From positions 95,420,001 through 95,484,000 of the forward strand of contig NW_024704742.1 of assembly GCF_018977255.1 (NCBI RefSeq): 64,000 bases of DNA, in the 5' to 3' direction. This document shows positions 41,589-55,525 of this stretch, piece after piece. The stretch comes from Callorhinchus milii (taxonomy: Eukaryota). Every line of letters begins with the position of its first letter. The stretch's first letter is position 1. The position numbers and the translations under genes were made by a program. Under the pieces are notes generated by a model that ran no database searches, was not told the origin of the DNA, and was given only the letters and a program-made list of their open reading frames with translations.

Positions 41589-43541
41589 ACCTGCACACCG
41601 CCTGCACTTAACTCACCAGAAAGACTCGCAACTGTGGCCTCTCTGAGCAAACCTCTTTCTGCTGTTTTTACTGTTTTTATGTTTTGTACCTTTTTAATGT
41701 ACTAAAAAGTATTTCAGGAAATTTTCTTCAGTTTATTTTTAAAAAGCGAAAACAGCTCATGAAATAATTGAATGGTACGGTGCAAAGTGACAGGTGTGGG
41801 ATGGACAAAATATTTTTGATGACTTGGTAAGTTTTTGCTGGTATTTCAAAGGTTTTTTTTGACCTACGCAACGTTTTGTCACTATTCTTCCATGATCCGT
41901 TGAAAGTCCTTAAAGTGCTGTTCAGATAAGTTTTTCAAATATAATACACCTTACTTGTGAATTTGTGTAGCACATTGACTAAGCTGTACATTGTATATTG
42001 TATTTTTTTTGTGGGTGGGGGGGCTTTGCAAATACACAGGATGTATTCGCAAGTCAATATTACTATTCCAAGGATTTGTTGTCATTGAGTTTGAGAGAAC
42101 GAACACTGTGATTGTAAAAAGAAAGAGAATTGGAGAGTTTCAGCTCATTGTAATTCATACAGCACATGCATTTTACTCGCTCTATCATGGGAAACAAATG
42201 GCTCATCATGATATGATTCTATTTTGAAGAGCCGTGTGAAATAGGTTTTGGCAGGACTTGGTACAGTTTCACATCTACATTAATGCACAAAATACACAAG
42301 TGAAGGGTTATCTGTTAGATCTCAAAAGAGAAATGTGACCAGGATTAAAAAATGTTTTGTTTTCCCCTGAGGTCCCAGGTTTTGGGACTGGCCATACGAA
42401 GAATCAACTACTTAGCTACGTACTTTTATATAGAATGGTTACAAAGGACCACTAACTAGTCTTAAAAGCCCTGCTGCCAGTTAGGAGAATCAAAAATGAT
42501 TATTAAAGTATCGTTGCTAAAAATAACAAGTAACATAATGAAATGCAAGAAAAAGCTTGTCAATGAATTGCTTTTGCCAGGATGCATTGATCTTATTGAG
42601 TTTAATCTGACGACTGTTTCCAACATCTACAAACCTGACCTTTGGCAAGCAGTCATTTGGATCTCGTGATTTTTGAAAGGATTGCCAAACAAAAAGCACA
42701 ATAATACAGACCGAGCGTGAACAAAGCATTTGATATTTCAACATCCAATAAGACAGAGCTACCTCCCCCCAAACCACACCAGCAAACAACCCCCTCCTCT
42801 AAGTTATTTGGTCCCAGATGCACAGGGAAAGTAACAGATGCGTCATTGTCTTCTCAATAGGGTACAATAGTAACAGCTGATTCCCCTGGAGTAAGGGGCC
42901 ATGTCTCTGGCTCACTCCTGCTGATTCCAGTCATGGTCTCTGCTTCTTGGTAAATTTACCCTCTCCCTGTACAGCACACCCAGACATTTACAAATATTTA
43001 TAGAGAGTGAATTATGTTTTTATACAGGGTTCAGGTGCCGGTCTCAACCGTTCAAGCTTTCACTTTCCAGCTTCATGATATTACCTGAATTCAGTTCTTT
43101 CCAGGATTACAGTCTTCTAACACACTCATATTCTTTCTTCTGTTCTCCCCTTAAACTAAGGGCAGTCGAGAAGATCAACACTAAAACTGTGAAGCTTGCA
43201 TAATTTTTATCCAAGTTAATTCCTACTAAGTCATTAATCATTTTATTCAGCATATTCAAACGTTTGCTTCGCCTTTGCTGACTGATTGACTGAAAATCCA
43301 CTATCAGAGAAGGATGATCTCCAGATAAACAGAATTCATTCTGTTCCAGTGAGCAATTGGGGTTATGAGCATTTCTGTTGGAGAATCAAGTAAACGATTG
43401 AGAAGTTATACTACATTCTGACCCAGGCTCTGCCATGGTATGATCTCCATCGACTTTAATCTACAAATATAGAGATTAATTGATTGCAAGAGGATTTAGC
43501 AGACATGAAGGAGAATTGTACGGATGAGAGGTTTAAATAAA
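41589..43541 (+). other. FRMD3: FRMD3 3' UTR (end not determinable)
   Basis: AT/U-rich, repeat-poor sequence follows the stop. Candidate signals: ATTAAA at 42344 and 42502, AATAAA at 43536, and more distal AATAAA at ~47559, 47612 and 48601. Confidence 0.5.
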
Positions 43542-44169
43542 TATTCAGTGCCCTAAAAAGAGCAGAATGCAGAGTTAATCTACATAATGTTGTTTGACAG
43601 CCAGTGAGTTATGTTTAAAATTAACTCTTTTAGTTTTCACTTTGTTTGCATAATATCACAGATCCTAACCTTTTCCACATGGAATGTGATGCTTTAAACA
43701 TAGCGAAAGGTAAAGACAAGTCAACGTGTTGAAGTGAAGAAAAGTCATCACTGTCTAAATAGAAAATGCATGAAAAAACTCTTGGGATTAGTACAGTGTT
43801 TGTTTAGTCAAACACATCTGCTGCTTTTCATAGTCAGAAGGCTGGGAAAACACATGGTGTGGAGCCCTGGTTCTATTTCCAGCACAACCTGATTACTTCA
43901 GAAAATGTTAAATGATTCATATTTATTTAGAAGTACTAATCGACGAATTGAAGAGGAAACTTGATTCATATATGAGGGAGAAGGGAATAGAGGCATACAG
44001 GAGTGGGAATTAGGAGGAGCGAAGGCTGGTGTGGAGAAGCCTAGTGTCTGTGCACCATAAATAACCTGATCAATTGGTTCTCTGATCTTATTTATGGTTT
44101 ACATTTTAATTATGTATTGCAGAGGGACAGTTACATTGAACGGCTTTTACTCCGGTAGGTCATCAAATT

Positions 44170-44375
44170 AATAAACCTTGCATTTGATATAGTGCTTTTC
44201 ACGTCTTCTAGACGTCTCAAAGTGCTTCACAGAATAGACTGTACAGTGAATTGACTGTATATTTGTGGGCAAAACCCGGCAGCCAATTGTGCACAGCAGT
44301 GTCCCACAAACAGTCGTGGATTGAAGTGACCAATTTTATTATTTTATTTTTCTTGAGAGATTATTTACAGGCGTG
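44170..44375 (-). mobile_element. SINE 3' half
   Basis: CCTTGCATTTGATATAG tail plus the Deu-like block in reverse. Confidence 0.85.
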
Positions 44376-44891
44376 TAAATTGAAGAGGGAATTAGACAGT
44401 TATTTAGAATTCAATTGAATGAGAATTGTAGGATATTTCATATTTTCTGAATTTTATTTTAGAACTGGTCAGATTGACCCAATGGTCTTTCCAGTACAAT
44501 ACATTCCTAGAGGATACTGTGTTTTATTGACACTGCACTGTGAAAGTACACCCTTTTGATTTATGCAGTGAAAGGTTTGACTGGAGGCAGCAGTGTTGTG
44601 GTCTAAATCTATTCCACTAAAATGGCTGACTTATCGTTTTCAATTTGAGATTTGCAGTGGGAAATCACTGTTGAGGGCAATCAGTAGTGTGAGTATTTTG
44701 CTCTTCTAAGTGAGTTAGGGATTTTGATCACTACCCATTTCATATGCAAATAGGAATCGACTATAAAAAGTGGTTTCAGTAGTGAGCTGACTGAACTGAG
44801 GTGCCCACTGAACGTTGTTTTTGTGACAACACCACCAAATAGGACATACTTTGCAAATGACTTAATTCAAAATAATTTGTGTAAAGTATAT

Positions 44892-45128
44892 GAATCATAG
44901 AATCATAGAATCATACAACATAGAAAGAGGCCATCCGGCCCATCGTATCTGCGCCAGCGCCGAAAAGAGCAATCCAACTCAATCCCACTGGTCCGCTTTC
45001 TCTCCATAGCCCTGCAATCCTGTCCTCCCCAAATACCCATCTACTTCTCTCTTAAAAGTTGTGATTGAATCGGCGTCCACTACCCTTTCAGGTAATGCAT
45101 TCCAGATCCGAACAACTTGCTGGGTGAA
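44892..45128 (-). mobile_element. CR1 3' end
   Basis: (CATAGAAT)n tail on + strand, GGCCATCCGGCCCATC 3' UTR stem, end of ORF2. Confidence 0.88.
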
Positions 45129-45419
45129 AGGGGATTTGTGTTCTATAAGGAATTGTCTCCATTGCTATATCAGGCTTGTGAACATGTTGTTAATTATTTT
45201 GTAATCAATTATTAGGTTTTGTACCAGTTTTCACTGAGTAATATATTCTGAAAATGGCATGAAAGCAAATGGCTCAATCAATTTACTCTACAGTTCAGGC
45301 TCAATCTGACCTTTTTAATTATTTTCATAGCACATATTCCCCTGATTTTTGCTGAAGGAGAAATTGATTCAATTCCCTTCAGAATGCTTCAATACTGAAT
45401 GAGTCAGTAATGTAATTCA

Positions 45420-46830
45420 CTGCTCCGTACATGACCGTTTGTTCCATATATCCATGGCTGTACACATTGGGAAATTATTCATTTTTTTACTTTTAGCTGT
45501 TGACTTTCTCTGTTTAACAAGCCTGTCTGCTGGCTCTTCTATTCTTGCTTTGCTATGAAACCGCTTTCTACATTCAATTTATCTCACATCATTATTTCAA
45601 AAAAACTTTCATACTGATGACCATAATCTCCAGGTCTGAATTAAAAACAGATTTTACTTTGTGACTATTTATGTGTAATTTCATAATCTAATCTCAGTCA
45701 TCTTTTTGTCCCTCTCTGATGCCTTTGTGCTGTCTTTATGGTGCTCTGTAACACGGCACAATGGTACTTTTATGTAGTGGCCATAATGGTGCTTCATTGA
45801 TGCTTGGTAACGTATAACATAGGGCATTTAAGAAAGAATTGGACAAGTACATGTAGAAGAAAGGTATCAATGGGAATGGAAAAAGAGCAGAAAATTGGGT
45901 TTAGGATGGATGGCCTCTTTGAGAAGAATATACTGACATGAAATGATGCGCTGAATGTACATTATGCATTCTGTAGTGTACATTTCTGTGGTTCTGTCTA
46001 TATTCCTTGTTTGTCTTTGGAAATTTACCCTTATACTAATACTAAATGTGATCAACCTTATTTCATGATATATGATATTATTTGATATTGTATATCACTA
46101 AATAAGATTTGGTATCATATATGATGTATGATAACTTTCATCTCTTTCACTTTGCAACCCTAGTTGCCACAAACAACACCTTTATATTTCTCAATATTAA
46201 ATGTCATTCGTGAATCATCTGCCCGGCTGCTAAATCTCTGTAGATTTCTCTGAAATGTTCTTTCTTTATCCAGTGTTTTTCCTATCAGTATTTCAAGCCT
46301 GCAATTCTAAAGATCACAATCTGACATTTTTAAAAAACCTGAAAAATTTGCTGCTTTCCATTCATCTTAATAGGCTGTGATATTTTAAAAAAATATATAC
46401 CTTTCTCCTATTCTACCCTAGTTTCTTTAAGGCTTTTTCAATGACTGCATCTGGTCCAATTGTTTCACAAATATTCAACCATTTGTATTATTATTTTTAT
46501 TCCTTATCTCTATTTTCTCTAAGACTTCAGGTGTATTTCCTTTCTTTCCAATTGTAAGAGAGGAAATAACACCATATTCTATGGTGAAAACAATACTTAT
46601 AATAAATTATATTTCCATTCCCTTTTCTTTCATTCTTTCTCCCCTCTTTCTGCATGAGAACTCTTTGATAGATTGCCGACTACAGTATGAACATTGGTGT
46701 TAAAGAACTCTTATTTTGATAGTTAAATAACATGCTTTTGCACACCAATATCCTTTTGGGATAGTTTTTAATTCATTTATTTGGCTCTTGAATAGTCACT
46801 GGAAAAAAACCAGTGACAGTTTGAATGGAA
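45420..46830 (-). mobile_element. Ancient, highly decayed CR1 ORF2 remnant
   Basis: Scattered antisense matches to CR1 motifs (ADD-like GAATCATCTGC ~46212; GPD-like CATCTGGTCC ~46448; EYC.QFW-like ~45750). Confidence 0.45.
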
Positions 46831-49727
46831 GAGCTCCCCCCACTTCTCAGGCATATGATAAAAAAGCATCTTGTGAGCGTTATGATTGTGAGACATGCAG
46901 CACTTTCCCTGATCAGAAAATCCTTATCATTGTTTTATTCCATTTTTCCATAAAAATTCCAAAAATATATTTTTTCCAGAGGATTTGCTTTTGCCATTCC
47001 ATTAATACCAGGAGTCCTTTTCCTGATGTAAATACAATTATGGTAAACACCACAGCATGTACTGCATTCAGTTTAAATGGTCTAAATTCCGTGATGCATT
47101 AATTCACTTCTTCAATGCTCGTCTTGTGTTATTACTCCCTTGCATTTTGTTTGTGCAATTGCGAATTTCCAGACATTACGTATTTCAGCATCATTTCACA
47201 AACACAGCCTCCTGTCTGGACACACTTCATAGAGTTGACCTTTACAATAGATGTCATTAGATGTACCAAATGTTCTTATCAACAAGGACTCTGCAGACTC
47301 AATGAGACTGTAAATTAGGAATTGTATTGCAAATGGATTTTGAGTGTATGTTGGTGATGGGCAAAGGAACCTGTGAAAAGATGGTAACATGTATGGCAAG
47401 TTTAATTGTTTAATCCAGCAGTAACAAAGTTTGAATAATACCTCTGAAGTCATTGGATTGTGTGATGAATGTAACCAGACATCTGCTTAAATATTAAAAC
47501 CTCAGAATACCCTAGTGAAAGCATCCTAACTGTGTTCCTTTTTATAAGCACCAACAAAAAATAAATATTACATTCAATTGACGGAAATTAATTTTAAACA
47601 ATCACTGCAGCAATAAAACTAAGCAATAGGTTGGATTCTGTTTATTTCAAAAGTGTATGGTTTATGTCATTCTGTCATTGGGTAGAGGGGCTGGCAGGCA
47701 TCAGAACGCAATTAAAACAGTTCAGCTCCAACATGTGTACAGGTACTTCCATGCCGTGGAATTCATAATTGTTATGATTATGTGGCACTTAAGTGGACCA
47801 TAAGTTGGACAGTGACTGGTAACAGATTGCTGCAATATATTGCAAACTGTTTGATAGAAAGCTTATTAGAATTAAATATTCCAAAAAATGAAATGGTGCG
47901 GAACTGGAGGGTGGGGAACAAGCCATGGTTTTGTAAAAGCAATCCTGGTCAACATACCAAAACAGCTCCAAAACTTACTTGATTTGTGCTGCAGTTACCT
48001 GACGTTTAATTGCAAATGAGCAGAAAACAGTCTATTTTTGAGCTACAGAAAAAAGAACACAGAATATTTTAATTCCAGCATGTTCTGGTCTCCGAAACAC
48101 CTTCATGTGACTTCTCGACAATGAAATTGAAAAACAAACCAAAAATCTGTCTTATTTTTGCATTACATTATTGCATCTGCCCAGAACTGTGTCCCCTTAA
48201 AAAAAATTGTCATACTTGTAATTTCCTATTCATTCACTGGCTCAGACACTATTAATGGATGTTAGTGGACTATGTATTAAAAATACATATAAAGGGATTC
48301 TTTCAGTGAAATTGGTAAGAGCTGACACGGGATCGCAAAGGTTGCATCCATTGATTATGTAGACATTGTGGTGTTCTTGCTGTGGTTTGAATGTATATTT
48401 ATTGTGTAAAGTAGAAATAGTTAATCACTAAATGTTTTGTTGTTTGGCCTCTGGGAAAGATGAACCTCATAAAAACCAGACAGGCTAAACAACTGTAACT
48501 TTAGTCTTACAAACTTCGGAAAGATCAGCATTTCATATTTATGTGTTAAAAATGATGCCTGGATTGTTTTATATAGTAGTACAGCTCCAACAGTATTGAC
48601 AATAAAGGTGTGACTGGAAAGAACTCTCTTGCCTGGTTATTATCTTGAAAATCTTGAAAATAATTTTATCCTATGAAGCGTTTGAGAAGACTTCCTGACC
48701 AAATGCAATGATTATTATAAAATAAACAGCTATAATCCCATTTCTCTGGTAGGTTTGAGTCTGGACTAATTATATCTCTGTACTCCCATAGTAACCCTGT
48801 TTCATACCAGTGAGAGATCGCTGGATTGAGATTGTTGTTCCAAGTGTAAGATCTGTGTCTTAGCAACCAGTACGAAGCCACTTCAATGAGGTCATCTCAC
48901 ACTGCTTCATATCAGCTGTAACTATCGTGAAGTCACTTATTACAGGTTTATAATGAAAGACGTGTCACTGAAAAAATATTTTAGAAGTAATTACTTCATT
49001 GATTGATTTTATAGGCACCCACACAGTGAGTATTTGTGCCAGCAAGGTTCCACAAACACCCACGAGGCAATCTCCAGCATTGTCGACAAAGTTACTGTGC
49101 GAAATAACCTTCTCATTTTGAATATTGTCAGAGGATCTTTAATGCCCACCTGAACAAGCTGACCAATTTTAGTTTAACATCTCTTCCAAACTGCAGTGCG
49201 TCAGTACATAAATGTCACCTTAAGACTATACAATACAATTTACATTTATATAGCACCTTTCATGTTGGAAGGACATCTCAAAGCACTGCACAATGGAGGA
49301 CAATGCAGCTTTTCACTCGCAACCTTTTGATTCAGAAGCGAGACTAGTACCAACAGAGCCAAGCTAATATCACTCGTTATCTTTGTGATGTTTGTCAGTG
49401 AAGATTTTTTCACTGGTAAGTGGGTGGCATGACTATAAGGAGACAGGCAGAGCTCTGCTTCCCCTCTACTGAATACAGAATCATGCCGAGGTGGTAGTAA
49501 AAGTCAGTGCCAGTGCACATTATTTTAAAGCAGTTGTCCGAGGAAGATAGGAACACAGGAGCAGGAGGAGGCTATTCTGCCCACTGAGCTTGTCCCACCA
49601 CATTAGAGGTTTTTTTATGACAATGCCTACCCTTTGTCAAATAGGGACCTGAAATGTAATCTTCCCAGAGTTGCACCCCCAAGAGAATTGGAGGAAAGAA
49701 CTATTCATGCCAAGAGCAGCAAAAATG

Positions 49728-51500
49728 AACAACAACTTGGATTTATATAACGCCCTCCACACCGGACGGCATCTCAGAGTGCTTCACAGTAACGGATCCC
49801 TGGACCAAGTCAGTGGGATGGGGAGGAAGGTGACCAAAGGCACGGTCGAAAAGAAAGGTCTTCAGCAGGGACCTGAAAATAGGAAGAGAGGGGACGAGGC
49901 GATGGGAGTGAGGAAGGGAGTTCCATAGCCTCGGGGCATAGTGGCTGAAGGCACAGCTGCCGAGGGTGGAGCAGAGGACTCGGGGGACGAGGAGGAGGCC
50001 AGACCCAGAGGAACGAAGGCAACGGTTACTGTTTTGGGGAGCGAGGAGGTCAGAGAGGTAGGGGGGTGCAGAAGAGTGGAGGGATTTGAATACACGGGTG
50101 AGGATCTTGAAGTCGATCCTCTCTGGGATAGGCAGCCAGTGCAGTCTGGCAAGGACTGGGGTGATCGGGGAGCAGAGTTTGGTGCGGGTGAGAATGTGGG
50201 CGGCAGAGTTTTGAATGATCTGGATTTAATGGATGGTAGGGGAGGGGAGGCTGGCGAGGAGGGCGTTAGAATATTCCAGCCGAGAGGTGACAAAGGCATG
50301 GACAGGGTTTCAGCGGCTTTCGGAGAGAGGTATTGGCGAAGACGGGCGATGCGTCAGAGGTAGAAGAAGGCGGTGCTGGTGAGGGATCGGATGTAGGGGA
50401 GGAAGGATAATTGGGAGTCAAACCTGACGCCTAGGTTGTGTACAGATTCGGAGAGTTTTAGGGGGAGGTCGAGTAGGTGGAGGAGGTGAAAGCCGTGAGA
50501 TTTTAGATGTTGACGAGAGTCAAAGAGTATGGCTTCCGTCTTGTCAACGTTCAGCTGAAGGAAATTTGTGCTCATCCAGCCCCTGAGGTCTGATAGGCAG
50601 ACTGACAGAACATCAGGGGACTGGGGGTCGCAAAGAGAGGTGGAAAAATAGAGTTCGGTGTCGTCCGCATACATGTGGAAATGTACCCCATGTCTGCGGA
50701 TGACATCCCCAAGAGGGAGCATATAGATCAGAAAGAGGAGGGGGCCAAGGATGGATCCTTGGGGTACCCCGCAGGTAATCGGGTGAGAGTGGGAGGAAAG
50801 GCCGTTTGTGCAGATGTACTGCTGGCGGATTGTGAGGTAGGACTCGAACCAGGCGAGTGCGGTCCTACTGAGGTGGATGACGGAGGAATGGCGTTGGAGG
50901 AAGATGGCGTGACCGACTGTGTTGAACACCGCGGAGAGGTCCAGGAGGATAAGGAGGCAGAGGTAGCCCTGGTCACAGATAGAGAGGATGTTGTTTGTGC
51001 AGTCTCTGTACTGTGGGCAGGGCAGAAACCGGACCGGAGGGGTTCGAGGAGGGAGTGGGAGGAAAGGTGTGCGCGAAGTTGATTTGGAACAATGCGTTCT
51101 AGGACTTTTGCGAGGAAGGGAAGGTTAAAAATGGGGCAGTAGTGGCTGGGGTTTGAGGGATCTAGGGAAAAATGTTTTGAGGAGGGGGGTGATGACAGCA
51201 GTTTTGAGGGGGACAGGGACTGATCCGGAGGAGAGGGACTGGTTGATGAAGTTAGCCAGTAGTGGGCAGAGGAGGGGGAGCTGGGTGACCAGCAAGTTGG
51301 TAGGGAGGGGGTCGAAGCTGCAGGTGGTGGGTTTCATGGAGGTGATGGTGGGTGAGAGGGAGGAGGGAGAGATGGGGAGGAAGGAATGTAGGATGGGGGT
51401 GCTGGTAGGAGCAGATGATGGGGAGGGTGAGAGGGACAGAGAGGGCATGGTGGTGGGTGATGAGGCAGGTGGATGAGGTTGCCTGGCGGATGTTGTGAAT
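49728..51500 (-). mobile_element. L2 LINE, 5'-truncated and decayed
   Basis: MKPTTCSFDPLPT, LKTAVITPLLK, GVPQGSILGPLLF, MYADDTELY, FLQLNVDKTE remnants. Confidence 0.92.
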
Positions 51501-53274
51501 TTGTGAAAATAGGCTATCTATGCCCTAGGTGCCTTTATTTGTATCCAAAATATAACACTTAGCAAGGGAAATTTAAAAAATCATTGTAATATTTGGATGC
51601 AAAAATACTGAGGTTTCACACAAGTTTTAAACAGCAAAGAATGTATATTTGCACAAAGCAAGTTTAATACAAAAAAAAGTGAGAACAAGCCAGGAAAGCA
51701 GCAATTTTCCTTCAACTGATTCTTAAAAAGGCCAAAAGACAAATACAATTCAGAGAAGTTTTGCAGGTAACTTGGCTCCAAGCAATCGTTCACAAGTCCT
51801 GAGGTAACATTTCCATGTACTAAGTCTTAAATCATCTTATCAGTACACTGCAGCATGCAATACTAAGACTTGGTGTAAACAACATTTGTGAGTCGTCCCT
51901 GATGTATTCCTCTAATCGGGTTAACATTCTCAAACAGTACATTTACATCTAATCCCACTGTAACAGTGCAGAATAAAGAGCCACTTCACCATATACATTT
52001 TAAACTGAGTAAAATAACGAATCGCGAGAGGAAGGAGATTGTGAGATGCAAAAACATTAAAGTAAGTAAAAAAGTAAGTAAACTAAGTAAAAAAAAAACT
52101 CAGACTCGACTTGCTGATTTTCACTCATTTTGTTTTAAAACATGACCAACAATACAATTTTATGCTTAGATTTGAATAGGGCACTTTCACTTGCACCACG
52201 GATAATGTCCTCAAATTCAATTCGAATTATTTTGCTGCAGATCGAGAGGAAACAAATGTACTCATCCCACACTCTGTAAAGAGTGGGAGGAAAAGGAGAT
52301 TGAGGAAAAATAAAACATAATAATAATAATCCTTGCATTTCGTGTAGAGCAAGGATGACATCCCAAAGTCACGGGATATATTGTAAAGTGGTTTGACTGT
52401 GTATCTTGTGGGCAAAATGCAGCAGACAGTATGCAAGCAGTAATGTTTAACAAACAGCCGTGGAGTGAGTGACTAATTAGTGACTAAAAAGGACATTGGG
52501 GCAAATCTCCCTTCTCTTTTCAAATAGTGCCGTGCGATCTTTCACATCCACCTGAACAGGCAGATGGAATCTTGGTTTAACATTTCATCTGAAGGATGGC
52601 AACCTCCGACAATCCAACAGATCTCCACTACTCCATTGGAGTGTCAGCTTGGATTATGTGGACCTTGAACCCAAAGCCTTTTGACTCAGAGGCAAGAGGG
52701 CAAACACTGAACCACACAAATATAGATTAGACAAAAGAAACCAAATAACAAAAAATACATTATATTTATTTATGCAGTAAGGGTTATCTCATTACAGTAA
52801 TACAGATGGGATTCATGTCATCACTGTTCATTGTGAAGTGAAGGAAGGTTGTGCTCCTCATGCATTCTTTTCAAAAATACAAAGGGCTGCTCATTGGTTT
52901 TCCGCCACTGATACAATGCTTTTTGATTGAAAACAATTCACAATTGATGCCTTTTTTTCAATCAAAGTGAGTGGCTGTGGGAGGAGGAGGTTCAGCAGAG
53001 GTTATGTCAACTAAATAGCCTACTTTCGCTAACAAAATATTCAGTCAATTCACTTTACAGTATATTTTGTGAAGCGCATTGAGACGCCTCGAAGGCATGA
53101 TAATATATATCATATATATCAAATGCAAGAATTATTATTACTTTTCCTAGAGTAAAATATAGGTGTATCAACAGAGAGCGGGACATGTTGACTTCTTTCA
53201 GTGCCTTACATTAATTCTAAATTGCCCTTCACGGTCTTGCTCCTCCCTAATTATAATTATAATAATTATTTGGG

Positions 53275-54095
53275 GGGGATAAGTTTGCAGGGTTATGGGG
53301 AGAGCAGGGGAGGGAGATTGATTTGGATAGCTCTTTTAAATGAGCCGACACAGACAGGATGGGCCGAATGGCCTCCTTCTATGCCATATAATTCTATGAT
53401 TCCTTACCTCTGTGACCTATTAAAACGTTACCAACCTGTTCGTTCCCTCCGCTCGCTGGGCACTGCCCTGATCCATATCCCCCGCCTTACTCGCCCCACC
53501 ATCGGCAGTCGGGCCTTCAGCCTTACTTCCCCGCCCTCTGTAACTCCATCCCGGAGCTGCTCTGCCTCACCCCCGCCATGCTTCTTTCAAGGCTCGTCTC
53601 AAGAGTTTCCTCTTTGACAGTACCTTCGGTCATTGCTCCCCTACCCTCCAACCTTTTTGACTCCAATCCCCAGCTCAGGTGCAAACTCTTCAAAAATCCT
53701 CGTCCTCACCTGCAAGGCACTCCATGGCTAGCTCCTTCTGATCTGTGACCTGCTGATCCCATATCAACCTATCTACTCTCTCCGCTCAGCAGGCTGCGAC
53801 CTGCTCTGCGTCCTCCATCTGGCTCACCCCACCATTGGTGGTCGGGCTTTCAGCCTCTCTACCCCCACCCTTTGGAACTCCATCCCACATTCCCTTCACC
53901 TTGCCCCCTTCCTTGCCTCCTTCAAGGCACGTCTCAAACCCTCCTCTTTGACCCTGACTGTCCAGTGCCTTGGGACATCCTTCTGACCTGAAAAGCGCTT
54001 TACAAAGATCATTTTGTATTGTATTATATCCAGCGCCTTGGGACGTCCTCCTGAAGTGAAAGGCACTTCTGTAAATGCAATTTGTTGTTGTTGCT
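53275..54095 (+). mobile_element. Stack of a CR1 3' end (53275-53402) and several L2 3' fragments/tails
   Basis: GGGTTATGGGGAGAG...GGGCCGAATGGCC...ATTCTATGATTC, followed by repeated CCCACCAT.GG..GTCGGGC.TTCAGCC L2 blocks and stem-loop tails. Confidence 0.8.
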
Positions 54096-54317
54096 GTTAT
54101 ACTGCAGTCCCTATCCACTCCTCCTGGTATGCGACTCTTCCCGCCCCAACCCCCATTTTCCAGGTAGTTTCAGACAGCTGATAGTCTGAAAGCTCTCATC
54201 AGGCTTTGGTACTGAGTGAATCCAACAATAACAGGTGATAGTCTGAACAAGCATGAAACTCTTAAACTATACCCATCAATAACACCCCAGGGATGGGACT
54301 CAGGACTAAAACACTCG

Positions 54318-54640
54318 TGGAGTCCTGTAGCTCAGTGATTAGAGCACTCGCTTTGCAAGCGAGGGACCTGAGTTCAATTCCAGGCAGAGGGCGAAACCTT
54401 GGGCAAGTTTCTTTACTCCACACGCCAAATAATAATCCCTCCAAAAACTAAAAACAATAATAAATTGGTCATTTTCAATCTACGACTGTTTGTGGGACAT
54501 TGCTGTGCGCAATTGGCTGCTGCGTTCGCCCACAAATATACAGTCAATTCACTTTACAGTGTGTTCTGTGAAGCGCTTTGGGACGTCCTCCCGACGTGAA
54601 AAGCGCTATATCAAATGCAAGGATTATTATTATTATTATT
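54318..54640 (+). mobile_element. tRNA-Ala-derived SINE, young short subfamily, full length
   Basis: Anticodon arm CTCGC-TTTGCAA-GCGAG (TGC = Ala), A and B boxes, stem-loop tail, (ATT)n. Confidence 0.92.
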
Positions 54641-54899
54641 TGCCCAATGTTGCCATTGCTAGTATTATTATTATTACGAGTGGTGTTTTCAGTGATAAAG
54701 GTGAGACCGTTTAGCGTTTTGGAACTGTTTGAAATCAATTTGGTGAGAGAGCGGGGGAGTGGGGGTGAATTGGGTAGCTCTTTTCAAAGAGCCATCATGG
54801 GCTGAATGGCCTCCTTCTGCGCTGTGTAATTCTATGATTTATGATTGTATATTGGAGGGGTGACAACCTGAATAAAAGGCAAAATTAAAAAAAAACGTG

Positions 54900-55525
54900 C
54901 AAGTGCTTCCCCCTGTCTGAGCTCCCTGTTTCTCCAGCATTGGCCACGGGCCAGTGTGTGGTGGGGCTGCACTGGTCTGGGCTGAAAGTGAATCATGTCA
55001 GACTGAACGCCACAGTCGCTGAGACCACGACCTGAGGCTCTGTTCAACCCAAACAGGTAACAGGCGAGTTACAGGAGGCGGCGGCTTGTTACTGTCTCCG
55101 AGGGCGGAGCTGTGTCCATGGCAGCGCTTAGATACAGAGCTACAGGCACAGGCTGGGGAGAGGCACAGAGGCCGAGGAGCAAGCAAGGCACTCACCCTGG
55201 GGAGAGCCGCTCACCCTGGGAGACCAGGCAGATGCTGACGGTAAGCTGCTGCAACACAATTGGTGATAGAAGACCACATTGAACTTAAAAGAAAAAGATC
55301 TCAGTTGGTTTTCCCCGCTGTCCTGCTGCTGCACTAATGCAAAGCAAGGCTTTCTTGTGCAAACTTTCTCTACATTTTAATGCAGCTTCTTCCGTCTCCA
55401 CTGACGCACAGCTGTTGCTAAGGGATGTGGCATTTGAAAGGGTGGATCGGTGCCGTGGAGGCCGAGTCTGATGCCTTCTTCATTTCCTTTGGTTATTTGC
55501 TTCTCCAGGAGTTGCATGTGTAAGT
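54900..55525 (+). promoter_or_regulatory. GC/CpG-enriched promoter and candidate non-coding first exon(s) of the second gene
   Basis: Local rise in GC and CpG in unique sequence. GC box GGGCGG 55102-55107; X-box-like GTGTCCATGGCAGC 55112-55125 and GTTGCTAAGGGATG 55414-55427; half-CRE TGACG 55402. Donors ACG|GTAAGC (55241) and TGT|GTAAGT (55520). Confidence 0.6.

Noticed and set aside
44744..44770. Octamer ATGCAAAT followed by TATAAAA
   Set aside because: Short motifs expected by chance in AT-rich DNA; no snRNA or Ig-like gene follows.
52922..52966. 12-bp inverted repeat TTTGATTGAAAA / TTTTCAATCAAA
   Set aside because: Short and AT-rich with a 21-nt loop; weak, with no associated feature.
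54318..54395. tRNA-Ala(TGC)-like sequence (also at 17421, 22785 and in minus-strand copies)
   Set aside because: It is the SINE head: the T-arm and acceptor stem are imperfect, and it runs straight into the SINE body in many dispersed copies.
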